DNA of 64,000 bases, from IMG/VR virus record IMGVR_UViG_3300020374_000001; one strand, 5' to 3'. The notes under the pieces are model-generated. The model was given only the letters and a program-made list of their open reading frames with translations. It did no database searches and was not told the origin of the DNA. The stretch comes from a virus. Taxonomy: Duplodnaviria; Caudoviricetes. The position numbers and the translations under genes are program-made. Below are positions 38,062 through 47,117 of the stretch, piece after piece; position 1 is the first letter of the stretch; each line of letters begins with the position of its first letter.

Positions 38062-38325
38062 ATGGCAAGAGCTAAAACTTCAAAAACTACAAAGATCAGA
38101 AACCTGTTTGAAACAGGTGTAGATGTTTCTTGGAATCATTTAAGAAACAAATTTGATCTTAAATCACCTGCCGCTATGGTAGGAAAATTAAGAAACGAAG
38201 GTTTAATGATCTACGAAAACAGATCATCTAACGGTGTTTCTTATAGAGTTGGTACGCCTTCAAAAGCAATTTTGATCGCTGGTATGAACAAAGTGTTCGG
38301 TAAACAAGTCGCTTACTCAGCATAA
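38062..38325 (+). CDS. Small basic winged-helix-like DNA-binding protein
   Basis: AAAGGAG RBS; P.AMVGKLRNEG..IY.N...YRVGTPS. Confidence 0.55.
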   Translation: MARAKTSKTTKIRNLFETGVDVSWNHLRNKFDLKSPAAMVGKLRNEGLMIYENRSSNGVSYRVGTPSKAILIAGMNKVFGKQVAYSA

Positions 38326-38339
38326 TTAAAATAAGTATT

Positions 38340-38355
38340 GGGCGCTTCGGCGCCC
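38340..38355 (+). terminator. C(UUCG)G hairpin
   Basis: GGGCGCTTCGGCGCCC, identical to 2527-2542; no U-tract. Confidence 0.6.
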
Positions 38356-38382
38356 ATACACAACTAATAAAAGAGAGGAAAA

Positions 38383-38673
38383 ATGAGATCAGCAATTTTT
38401 AATAAGTCTAATGCAGATTTAGAAAAAGCGTGTAATGAGATTATTAATACAACTCAAAAGAATAAATCTATTAAAGTAAAACCTGCTTCGTTTGTAGGAT
38501 ATATAAAAAGTTTTATGATTTTTGCAATTAATAATGATACATTATATACAAACTATTTAAAAGGTCTAGGTCCTAAAAGAAAACAGGAATTAGATAATGT
38601 TTCTGAATTACAGGAAAAAATAGACAAGTATAATGATAACGCAGATTCTATAAAAGATTTTAATAGTATATAA
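38383..38673 (+). CDS. Hypothetical protein
   Basis: GAGG RBS. Confidence 0.55.
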   Translation: MRSAIFNKSNADLEKACNEIINTTQKNKSIKVKPASFVGYIKSFMIFAINNDTLYTNYLKGLGPKRKQELDNVSELQEKIDKYNDNADSIKDFNSI

Positions 38674-38675
38674 TA

Positions 38676-38873
38676 ATGGATTTTGAACACGGATTATTAA
38701 TGGGATTCATAGGTTGCACGTCAACCGTTGTAGGTTTTTTAATTGCTTTTTATTTTGCAAATAGAAATTTTCAAAAGTCGCAACAAAAAAACAAACCACT
38801 ATCAAGTGTAGAAGAATCATTAAGACAATTAAATGAAGGACCTGGCAGTAAGGCAGGTGATGATTGTCAGTAA
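38676..38873 (+). CDS. Single-TM protein
   Basis: Hydrophobic N-terminus. Confidence 0.5.
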   Translation: MDFEHGLLMGFIGCTSTVVGFLIAFYFANRNFQKSQQKNKPLSSVEESLRQLNEGPGSKAGDDCQ

Positions 38874-39019
38874 GAATTAAAAAATCAGAATACCAAGATT
38901 ATGCTGATTGTATTAGAAGCGATCAAGTTTCAGCAGCAGGTGTTGTTGCATTATTCAAAGACAAAGCATTTTATAAATGGTATAAAAAGAAATATTTAAA
39001 TGATACTAGTAGACCTTAA
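38864..39019 (+). CDS. 51-aa hypothetical protein (TTG start, not in ORF track)
   Basis: Fills the gap before rnh; YADCIRSDQV. Confidence 0.4.
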   Translation: MSVRIKKSEYQDYADCIRSDQVSAAGVVALFKDKAFYKWYKKKYLNDTSRP

Positions 39020-39845
39020 TCAAGTTTTAATATCAAACCTTATGGCACAAGTAAGAGGTAAGGCAGATGTTAAACCTAACAAAGAAATGATTAGGTTTAT
39101 GGTACTGAACTCATTAAGAGGTATCAACGTAAAGTTTAAAGACGAGTATGGTGAAATGGTACTATGCTCAGACGCAAGTGATCCTTGGCGTAAAGATTTT
39201 TTTCCTAATTACAAACATAGTAGAAAAGCTGCTAGACAAGATGGTCCATTTGATTGGGATAACATCTTTAATATAATAACAGAAATTAAAAAAGAAGTAC
39301 AAGAGAACTTTCCATACAAAGTAATGTATGTTGAGAATAGTGAGGCAGATGATATTATTGCTTCAATTATAAAACTACAAGAGGAAACTATATATCTTAT
39401 AGTGTCAGGTGATAAAGACTTTATACAACTACATCATTATGGTAATGTGTATCAATGGTCGCCTTTACTAAAAGGTTTCATAGGTGAACAAGAGGATCCT
39501 ATCAAATTTTTAAGAGAACAAATAATCAAAGGTGATAGGTCAGATGGTGTACCTAATATATTAAGTGATGATGAAATATTTGTAAGAGGTGAAAGACAGA
39601 AACCTATAAGAGCAAAACAATTAGAAGAATGGTCTAATGTAGATAACATACCATTAGGATCAGAAACAAAGAAACACTATAACAGAAATAAGAAATTAAT
39701 AGATTTATCGCAGATACCAAAAACGATAGAAACTAACATTATAAATACATATAAGAACTATAAAGTAAAAGACAGGTCGCTCCTGTTACCTTACTTCATA
39801 GGTAAAAAACTGAAGACATTGATAGATAAAATTAATGACTTTTAA
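39000..39845 (+). CDS. rnh: T4-type RNase H (5'-3' flap exonuclease)
   Basis: ILVD, WRK..FP.YK..R, EADDII, SGDKDF.QL, GDRSDGVPN. Confidence 0.93.
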   Translation: MILVDLNQVLISNLMAQVRGKADVKPNKEMIRFMVLNSLRGINVKFKDEYGEMVLCSDASDPWRKDFFPNYKHSRKAARQDGPFDWDNIFNIITEIKKEVQENFPYKVMYVENSEADDIIASIIKLQEETIYLIVSGDKDFIQLHHYGNVYQWSPLLKGFIGEQEDPIKFLREQIIKGDRSDGVPNILSDDEIFVRGERQKPIRAKQLEEWSNVDNIPLGSETKKHYNRNKKLIDLSQIPKTIETNIINTYKNYKVKDRSLLLPYFIGKKLKTLIDKINDF

Positions 39846-39857
39846 AATGAGGATATT

Positions 39858-40352
39858 ATGGCTATAACAAACACACAATTAAATACTCAAATGGGTACAG
39901 AAGGTTCAGGTGCTCCTACGGTACACGAGATTTTTACAAGAATCAATAACGCAAAAGACAAACCTGCTAAAATTGCAATATTAAGACAATTTGATAATAA
40001 TGCAATGAGGCAATTGTTGAAAGCTGCTTTTGATCCTAAAATCAAGTTTGACTTACCAGAAGGAAATCCACCTTATATTAAGAACGAGGCGCCTGCTGGA
40101 ACTGAACATACAAGTTTAGCATCCGAGGCAAGAAAACTATATCACTTTATTGTAGGTGGTAATAACACAATAAACAAGTTGAAAAAAGAAACTATGTTTA
40201 TTCAGATGTTAGAAGGATTACACGAACAAGACGCTGAAGTCCTAATGGCGATTAAGAATAAAACACTTAACAATGCCTATAAAGGTTTAACAGCAAATCT
40301 AGTTAAAGAAACATTTAACTGGAATGACGACTTCGTTAGAATCAACAAATAA
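39858..40352 (+). CDS. Conserved T4-like hypothetical protein
   Basis: LPEG.PPY...ETMFIQMLEGLH..DAE. Confidence 0.6.
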   Translation: MAITNTQLNTQMGTEGSGAPTVHEIFTRINNAKDKPAKIAILRQFDNNAMRQLLKAAFDPKIKFDLPEGNPPYIKNEAPAGTEHTSLASEARKLYHFIVGGNNTINKLKKETMFIQMLEGLHEQDAEVLMAIKNKTLNNAYKGLTANLVKETFNWNDDFVRINK

Positions 40353-40372
40353 AAGACACATTTTATAGGGGT

Positions 40373-40387
40373 GTTCACGCTTTGTTC
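40373..40387 (+). promoter_or_regulatory. Alphaproteobacterial LexA-box-like site GTTC-N7-GTTC
   Basis: GTTCacgctttGTTC, overlapped by an AGGGGTGT/ACACCCCT inverted repeat. Confidence 0.55.
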
Positions 40388-40434
40388 TCATAGCACACCC
40401 CTAAAAACCCTTTAAAATCAACGATTATTAACGC

Positions 40435-40463
40435 TTGACTTTACTCATAAAGTATGCTATAAT
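40435..40463 (+). promoter_or_regulatory. sigma70-type early promoter
   Basis: TTGACT-17-TATAAT with TGn extension. Confidence 0.8.
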
Positions 40464-40472
40464 AAATACATT

Positions 40473-40808
40473 ATGAGAAAACAATTATTTTATACTTTTA
40501 TAGTATTCGTATATATTTGGTCTTGGAGTATTTTTAATGCTGTCAATGCCAATGAGAGAATAGAAACTACAACTGGTCACGTGATAGTTGAAACCGTAAA
40601 AGGTTCAGACATAGATCAGATGAAGATTTTAGAAGGCGAACTACAAAACTTAGCACATAAGTTTGCTTTAGAAATCATACCTATTATAGAGGCGAGTTTG
40701 CCTTTAATTATGGATAGAGTTATGACAGATTTGAGATTAGAATTAGATAAACAGCACAAATGTTTATTGCTTAAAGATAGTAAGATCAAAGACAAGGATT
40801 GTCAATGA
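40473..40808 (+). CDS. Exported or membrane-anchored hypothetical protein
   Basis: Hydrophobic N-terminus; near-leaderless. Confidence 0.55.
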   Translation: MRKQLFYTFIVFVYIWSWSIFNAVNANERIETTTGHVIVETVKGSDIDQMKILEGELQNLAHKFALEIIPIIEASLPLIMDRVMTDLRLELDKQHKCLLLKDSKIKDKDCQ

Positions 40809-40960
40809 TAGAGTTATTTTTAGAAATACCGATGGAACTACAAGTAATAATTTTGTCGTGTATAACAATGGGAGTTATTCAATTTATCAAAGATGAAAAA
40901 GAAAAAACTAGACAAAAATATGAAAGTGAAAAAAGTATTAAAGCGAGAACTAGCAAGTAA
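40805..40960 (+). CDS. 51-aa membrane protein (not in ORF track)
   Basis: ATGA overlap; hydrophobic segment. Confidence 0.4.
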   Translation: MIELFLEIPMELQVIILSCITMGVIQFIKDEKEKTRQKYESEKSIKARTSK

Positions 40961-41306
40961 TCGTAAATATAAAACTACCTATAAAGATATTAAAAAGTAT
41001 TTCAAAGTGCTTAATAAAGCATTATTCAAAAACATATTACAACCTTTCAATGATATTCAATTGAAAGATTTGAAATGGCAAAAATGCTATGGTCAAGTTA
41101 TACAATGGGAATGGAAAGGAAAAGGCACACAACAATTTCATTTACAGATGTTGCCTTTTTATAGAAATAAAAAAGAATTTGTTGAAACTCTTGCTCACGA
41201 AATGATACATTTATGGCAAATGAATCACAAGGGCGACACAGGTAATCATAATAAATTATTTTATTCATTTAGACCGAAGTTAAATAGACTTGGTTTAGAT
41301 TTATAA
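40893..41306 (+). CDS. SprT-like zinc metalloprotease
   Basis: LN..LF, TLAHEMIH.WQ, H.KLF. Confidence 0.75.
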   Translation: MKKKKLDKNMKVKKVLKRELASNRKYKTTYKDIKKYFKVLNKALFKNILQPFNDIQLKDLKWQKCYGQVIQWEWKGKGTQQFHLQMLPFYRNKKEFVETLAHEMIHLWQMNHKGDTGNHNKLFYSFRPKLNRLGLDL

Positions 41307-41327
41307 TACAAGAGAGAAAGATATATA

Positions 41328-41627
41328 ATGGCGAGAAAAGTGAAAGAGTTAGATCCGTATATCAAGGCAAGAGTCGGTGAGGCGTTGCTTAAATTAGAAG
41401 GTCTAATTAAACCATCAAACTTACCTGGTACGAGTAGATTATATTACACAGGTCAATGGGCAAAGGACATTTATGATAACTATACACTTAAACAGGCGGC
41501 AGTTATTTTTAAAAAAGTAGAAAAATTAAAATCTAATTTAACTTTTTATCAATCAAAACTAGAAACATTTAAAGACCACGAAGGACAAGAGTGGACAGGA
41601 TACGATTATTATGCCAAAAAAAATTAA
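41328..41627 (+). CDS. Hypothetical protein
   Basis: ORF in operon context. Confidence 0.55.
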   Translation: MARKVKELDPYIKARVGEALLKLEGLIKPSNLPGTSRLYYTGQWAKDIYDNYTLKQAAVIFKKVEKLKSNLTFYQSKLETFKDHEGQEWTGYDYYAKKN

Positions 41628-42288
41628 TTGGGACAATATATTAAACAAGGCGTGGTTATACACGAAGATATTTTTTGTATCAGGTATAATATGTGCTTTA
41701 GTATTTGCTTGGGGTACATTTAATCCTAACAAATGGTCAAAACAAAAAGTAAATGCTGAACTAGAACATTTTTACCTAGAGAAAATTAAAGATTTAGATT
41801 TAAGAGAACCTGAATTTACCTACAATGATGATATACAATTTGTTAGAGCAATGCACAAATGTATAGATTATATAAATTTCACAACACCTAAAGATAAAAG
41901 AGTACCTTGGGAAATGATTATAGGTCAGGCGGCATTAGAGTCTGGTTGGGGTTCAAGTAGATTTGCAGTTAAAGGTAATAACTTATTTGGTATTAGAACA
42001 TTTACAGAAACCGTATCGCATTTAAAACCATCAGGTGTAGAAAAATGGTCAGGTTGGGGTGTAAGAGTATTTGCTAGTAAGTGTGATAGTGTAAAAGAAT
42101 ATATTAGATTATTAAATGAGCATCCTGCTTATAAAGAATTTAGAGTCAAAAGACAACTTATGTTAGATAAAAATAAACCATTAGACTCGTTTGTATTAAT
42201 CAAAACACTAGACGCATTTTCAACTACAAAAGATTATGACAAAAGAGTCATAAGAATGATTAATAAGATCAGACAATTAGAGAAATAA
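41611..42288 (+). CDS. GH73 glucosaminidase (FlgJ/Bax-like) with N-terminal TM
   Basis: QAALESGWG.SRFA..GNNLFGI; LN.HPAY..FR. Confidence 0.85.
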   Translation: MPKKINWDNILNKAWLYTKIFFVSGIICALVFAWGTFNPNKWSKQKVNAELEHFYLEKIKDLDLREPEFTYNDDIQFVRAMHKCIDYINFTTPKDKRVPWEMIIGQAALESGWGSSRFAVKGNNLFGIRTFTETVSHLKPSGVEKWSGWGVRVFASKCDSVKEYIRLLNEHPAYKEFRVKRQLMLDKNKPLDSFVLIKTLDAFSTTKDYDKRVIRMINKIRQLEK

Positions 42289-42296
42289 ATAATCCA

Positions 42297-43346
42297 ATGT
42301 TTTTAACTTTAATAACATTTATATCAGCGATCGCTATATCTTTAATAGCGGCAGGATATTCTATACTAGGACTAGCAACATTATTTGCTGGTGCTGCCGT
42401 ACCTATTATTGCAATGGGATCAGCATTAGAAGTAGGTAAGTTAGTTGCCGCTAGTTGGTTGTATCATAACTGGCGAGAAGGAATACCTAGGGCATTAAAA
42501 GCATATCTATTTACAGCAATTATTGTATTAGTATTCATAACATCTATTGGTATCTTTGGTTTCTTATCAAAGGCACACCTAGATCAAGTTAGACCTACAG
42601 GTAATAATGAGGTACAGATTGCATTAATAGATAAACAAATAAATCAACAAAATCTAATTATAGATAGAGCAGAAAATACACTTGATAGATTAGACAAGGC
42701 GTTAGATGTTTACATAGCAAAAGAATATGTAAGTAGAGGATTAAAAGAACGTAAGAAACAAAAAGAAGAAAGAGATTTTTTAAATGGTGAGATTAAAAAG
42801 GCAATGGATGAGATTGCTAGACTCACAGCAGAAAAAGGTAATATAGAAATAGAACAATTGAAGATTGAAGCAGATGTAGGACCTTTAAAATATGTTGCAG
42901 AATTAATTTATGGCGATAATGCAAAAGATCATTTTGACTCAGCAGTTAGAATTATCATATTAATATTAATATTTGTATTTGACCCATTAGCAGTTTTACT
43001 ATTGATCGCTGCTAACATATCATTAAGACAATGGAGAATAAAGAGAAATGAAAAACAAAAGATCAAAGACGAGGAAGAGAAGTCTGCCAAAAAACAAAAA
43101 GATTGGCAGAAAGAAGCTATTAACGCAAAAGTTAGAGCGAAAAACTACCGAGATAAGCAAAAAATTTATAAAGACTTTTTTAACAAGTTAGGCAAAAGAC
43201 AATTGACTAATAGAGATTATGAAGACTTTTTTAGCAATATGGGCGCTGAAGAATTGAAAAACCTAGGTCTGGATCCAGATGAGATCAGACTTAAATTAGA
43301 TCAAATAATGGAGTTTAATGACCCGAATAACAATCCTAATAAGTAG
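42297..43346 (+). CDS. Conserved multi-TM coiled-coil membrane protein
   Basis: LEVGKLV, GIFGFLSKAH, EADVGPLKY, VFDPLAV. Confidence 0.65.
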   Translation: MFLTLITFISAIAISLIAAGYSILGLATLFAGAAVPIIAMGSALEVGKLVAASWLYHNWREGIPRALKAYLFTAIIVLVFITSIGIFGFLSKAHLDQVRPTGNNEVQIALIDKQINQQNLIIDRAENTLDRLDKALDVYIAKEYVSRGLKERKKQKEERDFLNGEIKKAMDEIARLTAEKGNIEIEQLKIEADVGPLKYVAELIYGDNAKDHFDSAVRIIILILIFVFDPLAVLLLIAANISLRQWRIKRNEKQKIKDEEEKSAKKQKDWQKEAINAKVRAKNYRDKQKIYKDFFNKLGKRQLTNRDYEDFFSNMGAEELKNLGLDPDEIRLKLDQIMEFNDPNNNPNK

Positions 43347-43623
43347 TTTACTATTACTAAATGCGTGTGGTACTTTACCTGCCGTTGTAGGTACATCTAC
43401 TACTACATACGAATCATATAAGACAATTACCTATATTAAGGGTGGTGTTGATCTAGGTCTTGCCGCTAACGATAAAAAAACAACAGACGATCAGTTTTTA
43501 TCTAAAATTACAGGTTATGATTGCAAGATTCGTAGGGTTTTGAAAGACGGATTAGAGGCAATATGCCAAGAAGTAGAGTATAATCAGAAACATCCTGTGC
43601 TTGACAATGGTGAAAAAAAGTGA
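43318..43623 (+). CDS. Lipoprotein
   Basis: Lipobox LNA-C. Confidence 0.6.
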   Translation: MTRITILISSLLLLNACGTLPAVVGTSTTTYESYKTITYIKGGVDLGLAANDKKTTDDQFLSKITGYDCKIRRVLKDGLEAICQEVEYNQKHPVLDNGEKK

Positions 43624-43629
43624 TATATT
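43601..43629 (+). promoter_or_regulatory. sigma70-type early promoter
   Basis: TTGACA-17-TATATT. Confidence 0.7.
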
Positions 43630-43635
43630 AGTAGT

Positions 43636-43782
43636 ATGAATTTAATCTATACAAAACAAAGACAAAATGAACTAGTAAACAATGCCGCTAAGTGTATGAA
43701 TAAGGCACAATCAAAGTGGGCAAAGATGTTCTGGACAGGTGTATGGAAACAATTGTGTATAAAGTTTGGGAAAGTTAATTAA
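43636..43782 (+). CDS. 48-aa leaderless hypothetical protein (not in ORF track)
   Basis: ATG begins 7 nt after the -10 box; TAATG coupling to the next gene. Confidence 0.55.
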   Translation: MNLIYTKQRQNELVNNAAKCMNKAQSKWAKMFWTGVWKQLCIKFGKVN

Positions 43783-44351
43783 TGAATATATTTTACGTAG
43801 ATAAAAATCCTGTAACCGCTGCTAAGATGATGTGTGATAAACACATAATCAAAATGATATTAGAATCTGCTCAAATGCTATGTACAGCAAAAAGAGTGTT
43901 AGACGGCAAAGAATATTTTGATACAACTAAAAACGGTCGTAAGATAAAAAGATGGCGATTAGATGATCCTGATGAAGAAGCAATTATATACAAGGCAGGT
44001 TGGTTAGGTCACCCTAGTACACAATGGGTTATGAAATCTGCTTACAACTATGTATGGTTGTATAACCATATGATGGCACTAAACCAAGAATACAAATTAA
44101 GATGGCAAAAGAAAGTTAATCATACATCAATTGATAAATTGAGTTTTATATTACGTAACCCACCTAAAAATGCTAGAATAGATGTTGTGGGTACAGACGC
44201 TACACCAGCAATGCCAGATCATTGTAAGATACCAGGTGACGTTGTAGGGTCATATAGAAAATACTATATACTAGAGAAAAGAAGATTTGCTAAATGGGAA
44301 AAACCAAATGCAGTAATGCCAGACTGGTACAAAGAAGGAATAAATGCTTGA
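43782..44351 (+). CDS. Pyrimidine-dimer DNA glycosylase/endonuclease V family protein
   Basis: MNIF..D..P..AA..CDKH..KMILESAQML, HP...W, AMPD, YRKYY. Confidence 0.75.
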   Translation: MNIFYVDKNPVTAAKMMCDKHIIKMILESAQMLCTAKRVLDGKEYFDTTKNGRKIKRWRLDDPDEEAIIYKAGWLGHPSTQWVMKSAYNYVWLYNHMMALNQEYKLRWQKKVNHTSIDKLSFILRNPPKNARIDVVGTDATPAMPDHCKIPGDVVGSYRKYYILEKRRFAKWEKPNAVMPDWYKEGINA

Positions 44352-44961
44352 TTATATATTAAGAGGTGGTGTAACACAACACGCTGATTTTTTCTCACCA
44401 GAAAAATTTGAAAGTATAAAGGAAGATATAAAAACTTTTAAATGGGAAGAAACACATCAACCATTAAAAATGAAATATGGTAATAGATTTCAAGGAATGC
44501 CTTGTTATCAATATGAGTACAAAAAAGAGAATGATTATATAATTAATAGATTAGAAAGTATTATACAATATAATATTACTGATTTTAATTTAATTGCAAG
44601 AAAAATTTTAATAAGTGAAATAAAAGCATCCACACAAGACTTTAGTAAATATGGTTTTGTACATAGAGATTATCCTGCTGATACACCACAAGAACCTTTA
44701 ATTGCAGGTATGATGTATTTTGACCAATCTTATGATGGTGGTACAGCATTTTTTCATAATCAAATGGAGAAGGCACCTGACTCATATGTAAGTGCTTTTC
44801 CTAATAGATTAGTTTTATATCACGGTGGTAGATACCACGCAAATTGTTTTGATTATACAATGGAAGAAAGAATAACATTTTCCTTTTTCTTTAAATTAAA
44901 ACAAATGGAACAACCAAAACAAGATATACAATTAAACAATGAGAGGATACCTATAATATAA
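44344..44961 (+). CDS. 2OG-Fe(II) oxygenase
   Basis: HRD...GGTAF...PNRLVLY...YH. Confidence 0.7.
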   Translation: MLDYILRGGVTQHADFFSPEKFESIKEDIKTFKWEETHQPLKMKYGNRFQGMPCYQYEYKKENDYIINRLESIIQYNITDFNLIARKILISEIKASTQDFSKYGFVHRDYPADTPQEPLIAGMMYFDQSYDGGTAFFHNQMEKAPDSYVSAFPNRLVLYHGGRYHANCFDYTMEERITFSFFFKLKQMEQPKQDIQLNNERIPII

Positions 44962-45119
44962 TGGCACAAATGGATGATATGGAACAATTGAGTTACGAAG
45001 AAAGTAAAAGACAAGCAAAAGAAAGACGAGATAAAGGTAAGAATATGATTAGACCATTTACTTTTGATGAAGAAAAAATATTAAGGGACGGTCTATTTCA
45101 TAATAACGTAGAGGATTAA
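44961..45119 (+). CDS. 52-aa hypothetical protein (not in ORF track)
   Basis: TAATG coupling. Confidence 0.45.
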   Translation: MAQMDDMEQLSYEESKRQAKERRDKGKNMIRPFTFDEEKILRDGLFHNNVED

Positions 45120-45122
45120 TAT

Positions 45123-45350
45123 ATGACAGAATTTACTAACGGAATATTTAAAACAATTGCAAGTACGAGTGCTGGTAGAGCATTAGTATATACATTAGGT
45201 CATATTATAATTGCAATGGGTGTTGTTAGTATTGTAACTGGTGCTAGTCTATTTGAGGCAGGCATAGTTGCGTTGGTTGAACCAACAATAAATGGTGTGT
45301 GGTATTATGCACTAGATAAAATGTGGAGTACATATTTAAATGGCAAATAA
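45123..45350 (+). CDS. DUF2061-like membrane protein
   Basis: Two TMs; ALVEP.IN.VWYY.LD..W. Confidence 0.6.
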   Translation: MTEFTNGIFKTIASTSAGRALVYTLGHIIIAMGVVSIVTGASLFEAGIVALVEPTINGVWYYALDKMWSTYLNGK

Positions 45351-45498
45351 AAGAGAAAAAATTTATGAAAGAAATCCTAATACAGGAGTTATTAGATGGC
45401 GATATACAGATGAGTCGCCTGACAAATTTGGATGGCCAAACTATGGTAGAATATTAAAGGAGAAGAAAAATGCGAAAAGAAATAATAGAAGGTCTTAA
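45340..45498 (+). CDS. 52-aa hypothetical protein (not in ORF track)
   Basis: KIYERNP.TG.IRWR. Confidence 0.45.
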   Translation: MANKREKIYERNPNTGVIRWRYTDESPDKFGWPNYGRILKEKKNAKRNNRRS

Positions 45499-45667
45499 AA
45501 AACACGCTGAAGGACATATAGCAAAACACAAAGCAAATGTTGAAGTGTTATTAGAGAAAACTGCTGGTATAGCAGAGCATCCTGATACACTAGAAACAAT
45601 TGAAAAAGAGTTAGGTATAATTGCTGAGTATGATGACCAATTAGAAATGTTGAATAAATATTTTTAA
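45470..45667 (+). CDS. Conserved phage hypothetical protein
   Basis: HKANVEV.L....GIAEHPD. Confidence 0.6.
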   Translation: MRKEIIEGLKKHAEGHIAKHKANVEVLLEKTAGIAEHPDTLETIEKELGIIAEYDDQLEMLNKYF

Positions 45668-45990
45668 TGCCACAATATACTTTCTTTAATAAAAGAACTC
45701 GTAAAGAGTTTACAGACTTTATGAGCATATCTGAAAAAGAAGAATACCTAGAGAAGAATCATCATATTTCACAAGTTATTGTTCCAATAAATATAGTTGC
45801 AGGAGTTTCAGGACTCACACATAAAAATGACCAAGGTTGGAAAGAAAATATGTCAAGGATTGCTGAGGCACATCCTACTAGTCCACTTGCCGCTAGATAC
45901 GGTAAGAAATCAACAAAACAAATTAAAACAGAACAAGCATTAGCAAAGAATAAAAAAAGAATAGCAAGTAGAAAATATAGGAAAAAATAA
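45667..45990 (+). CDS. FmdB-like small protein
   Basis: MPQYTF.N..T...F..FMSISE. Confidence 0.55.
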   Translation: MPQYTFFNKRTRKEFTDFMSISEKEEYLEKNHHISQVIVPINIVAGVSGLTHKNDQGWKENMSRIAEAHPTSPLAARYGKKSTKQIKTEQALAKNKKRIASRKYRKK

Positions 45991-46382
45991 TGGCAAAAGA
46001 TTTACCAGATTATATGCGAGAATTTGATACTTCAGATGATTGGGGTTTTACTCCAGTTACATCTAAACCTGAATCAAGTAAACCAAGTATTGATCCTAAA
46101 GTAGTAGAAGGAACTAATATAGAATTATCTAAAGTAAAATCAGATGTTGGCGATATTAAGTCAATGATGAATGAGATAATGCAGATAGTAGCAGAAAAAG
46201 ATACTATCACAAAAGAAATATCAGACGAAGACACTAAAAAAAGATTTAAAGATATTGAGAAAATTGTATTGCCGTTTTTATACAATCTTTCTAAATCAGA
46301 CGAACCATATATACATTGGCCAAATAGAGGACCAATTATAAAGGCACAAATAGAGAAAATACTAAAACTTACAAGGGGATAA
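45990..46382 (+). CDS. Conserved T4-like hypothetical protein
   Basis: DWGFT...LPFL.NL....YIHWPNR. Confidence 0.6.
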   Translation: MAKDLPDYMREFDTSDDWGFTPVTSKPESSKPSIDPKVVEGTNIELSKVKSDVGDIKSMMNEIMQIVAEKDTITKEISDEDTKKRFKDIEKIVLPFLYNLSKSDEPYIHWPNRGPIIKAQIEKILKLTRG

Positions 46383-46383
46383 T

Positions 46384-46554
46384 ATGTCAGCAAAAGCAAA
46401 ACATAAAGAACTAAAAAGAGCAGTTAGAGATATGGAAGAAAAAAGAAATAACGATAGATCAACAGGCACTTGGTATGATTTAAGAACTCTAAAGAAAATG
46501 AAATTAAAAGCAAAGGAAAAAATAAATGAAACTAAGCAACAACTTTTCGCTTAA
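46384..46554 (+). CDS. 56-aa basic helical protein (DUF465-like; not in ORF track)
   Basis: H.EL...V...LKKMKLKAKEKI. Confidence 0.5.
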   Translation: MSAKAKHKELKRAVRDMEEKRNNDRSTGTWYDLRTLKKMKLKAKEKINETKQQLFA

Positions 46555-46996
46555 GGAAATGACTGCCTCTCAAACGGCAGACAGACACGGTATTACGAAT
46601 AATCCTAGCGAAGATCATATGGATAATTTAAAAAAACTATGTGAGAATATACTACAACCTGTCCGAGATCATTATGGGAAAGTAGTATCAGTATCTAGTG
46701 GATACCGTTCACCAGAGTTATGCGTAAAGATTGGGTCAAGTTTAAAATCACAGCACGCCAAGGGCCAGGCGGCGGATTTTGAAATCTTTGGTGTGCCTAA
46801 TGCTGAATTAGCAAAATACATCATAGATAATTTAAATTTTGACCAATTGATATTGGAATTTCATAAACCTGAGGAACCTAATAGTGGGTGGATTCATTGT
46901 TCCTATAAGAATGATGAAGACAACAGAAAACAGGTGCTCAGAGCATATAGAAATGATGATGGTAAGACGGTATATGAACCGTACGACCCTAGTTGA
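46526..46996 (+). CDS. Peptidase M15A (Zn peptidase, candidate endolysin)
   Basis: LS.NFSL.E, SSGYRS, SQH..GQAAD, WIHCS. Confidence 0.85.
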   Translation: MKLSNNFSLKEMTASQTADRHGITNNPSEDHMDNLKKLCENILQPVRDHYGKVVSVSSGYRSPELCVKIGSSLKSQHAKGQAADFEIFGVPNAELAKYIIDNLNFDQLILEFHKPEEPNSGWIHCSYKNDEDNRKQVLRAYRNDDGKTVYEPYDPS

Positions 46997-47080
46997 GCAG
47001 TTGAAACTCTTAACAATGAACAAGTAAAGGAACGCAATAAACTTGTGTCCCATTATATGTTACACAGGTCTATATAGCGC

Positions 47081-47109
47081 TTGACTTTTTGACAATATAA
47101 TGTTATATT
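47081..47109 (+). promoter_or_regulatory. sigma70-type early promoter
   Basis: TTGACT-17-TATATT. Confidence 0.7.
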
Positions 47110-47117
47110 AATATATT

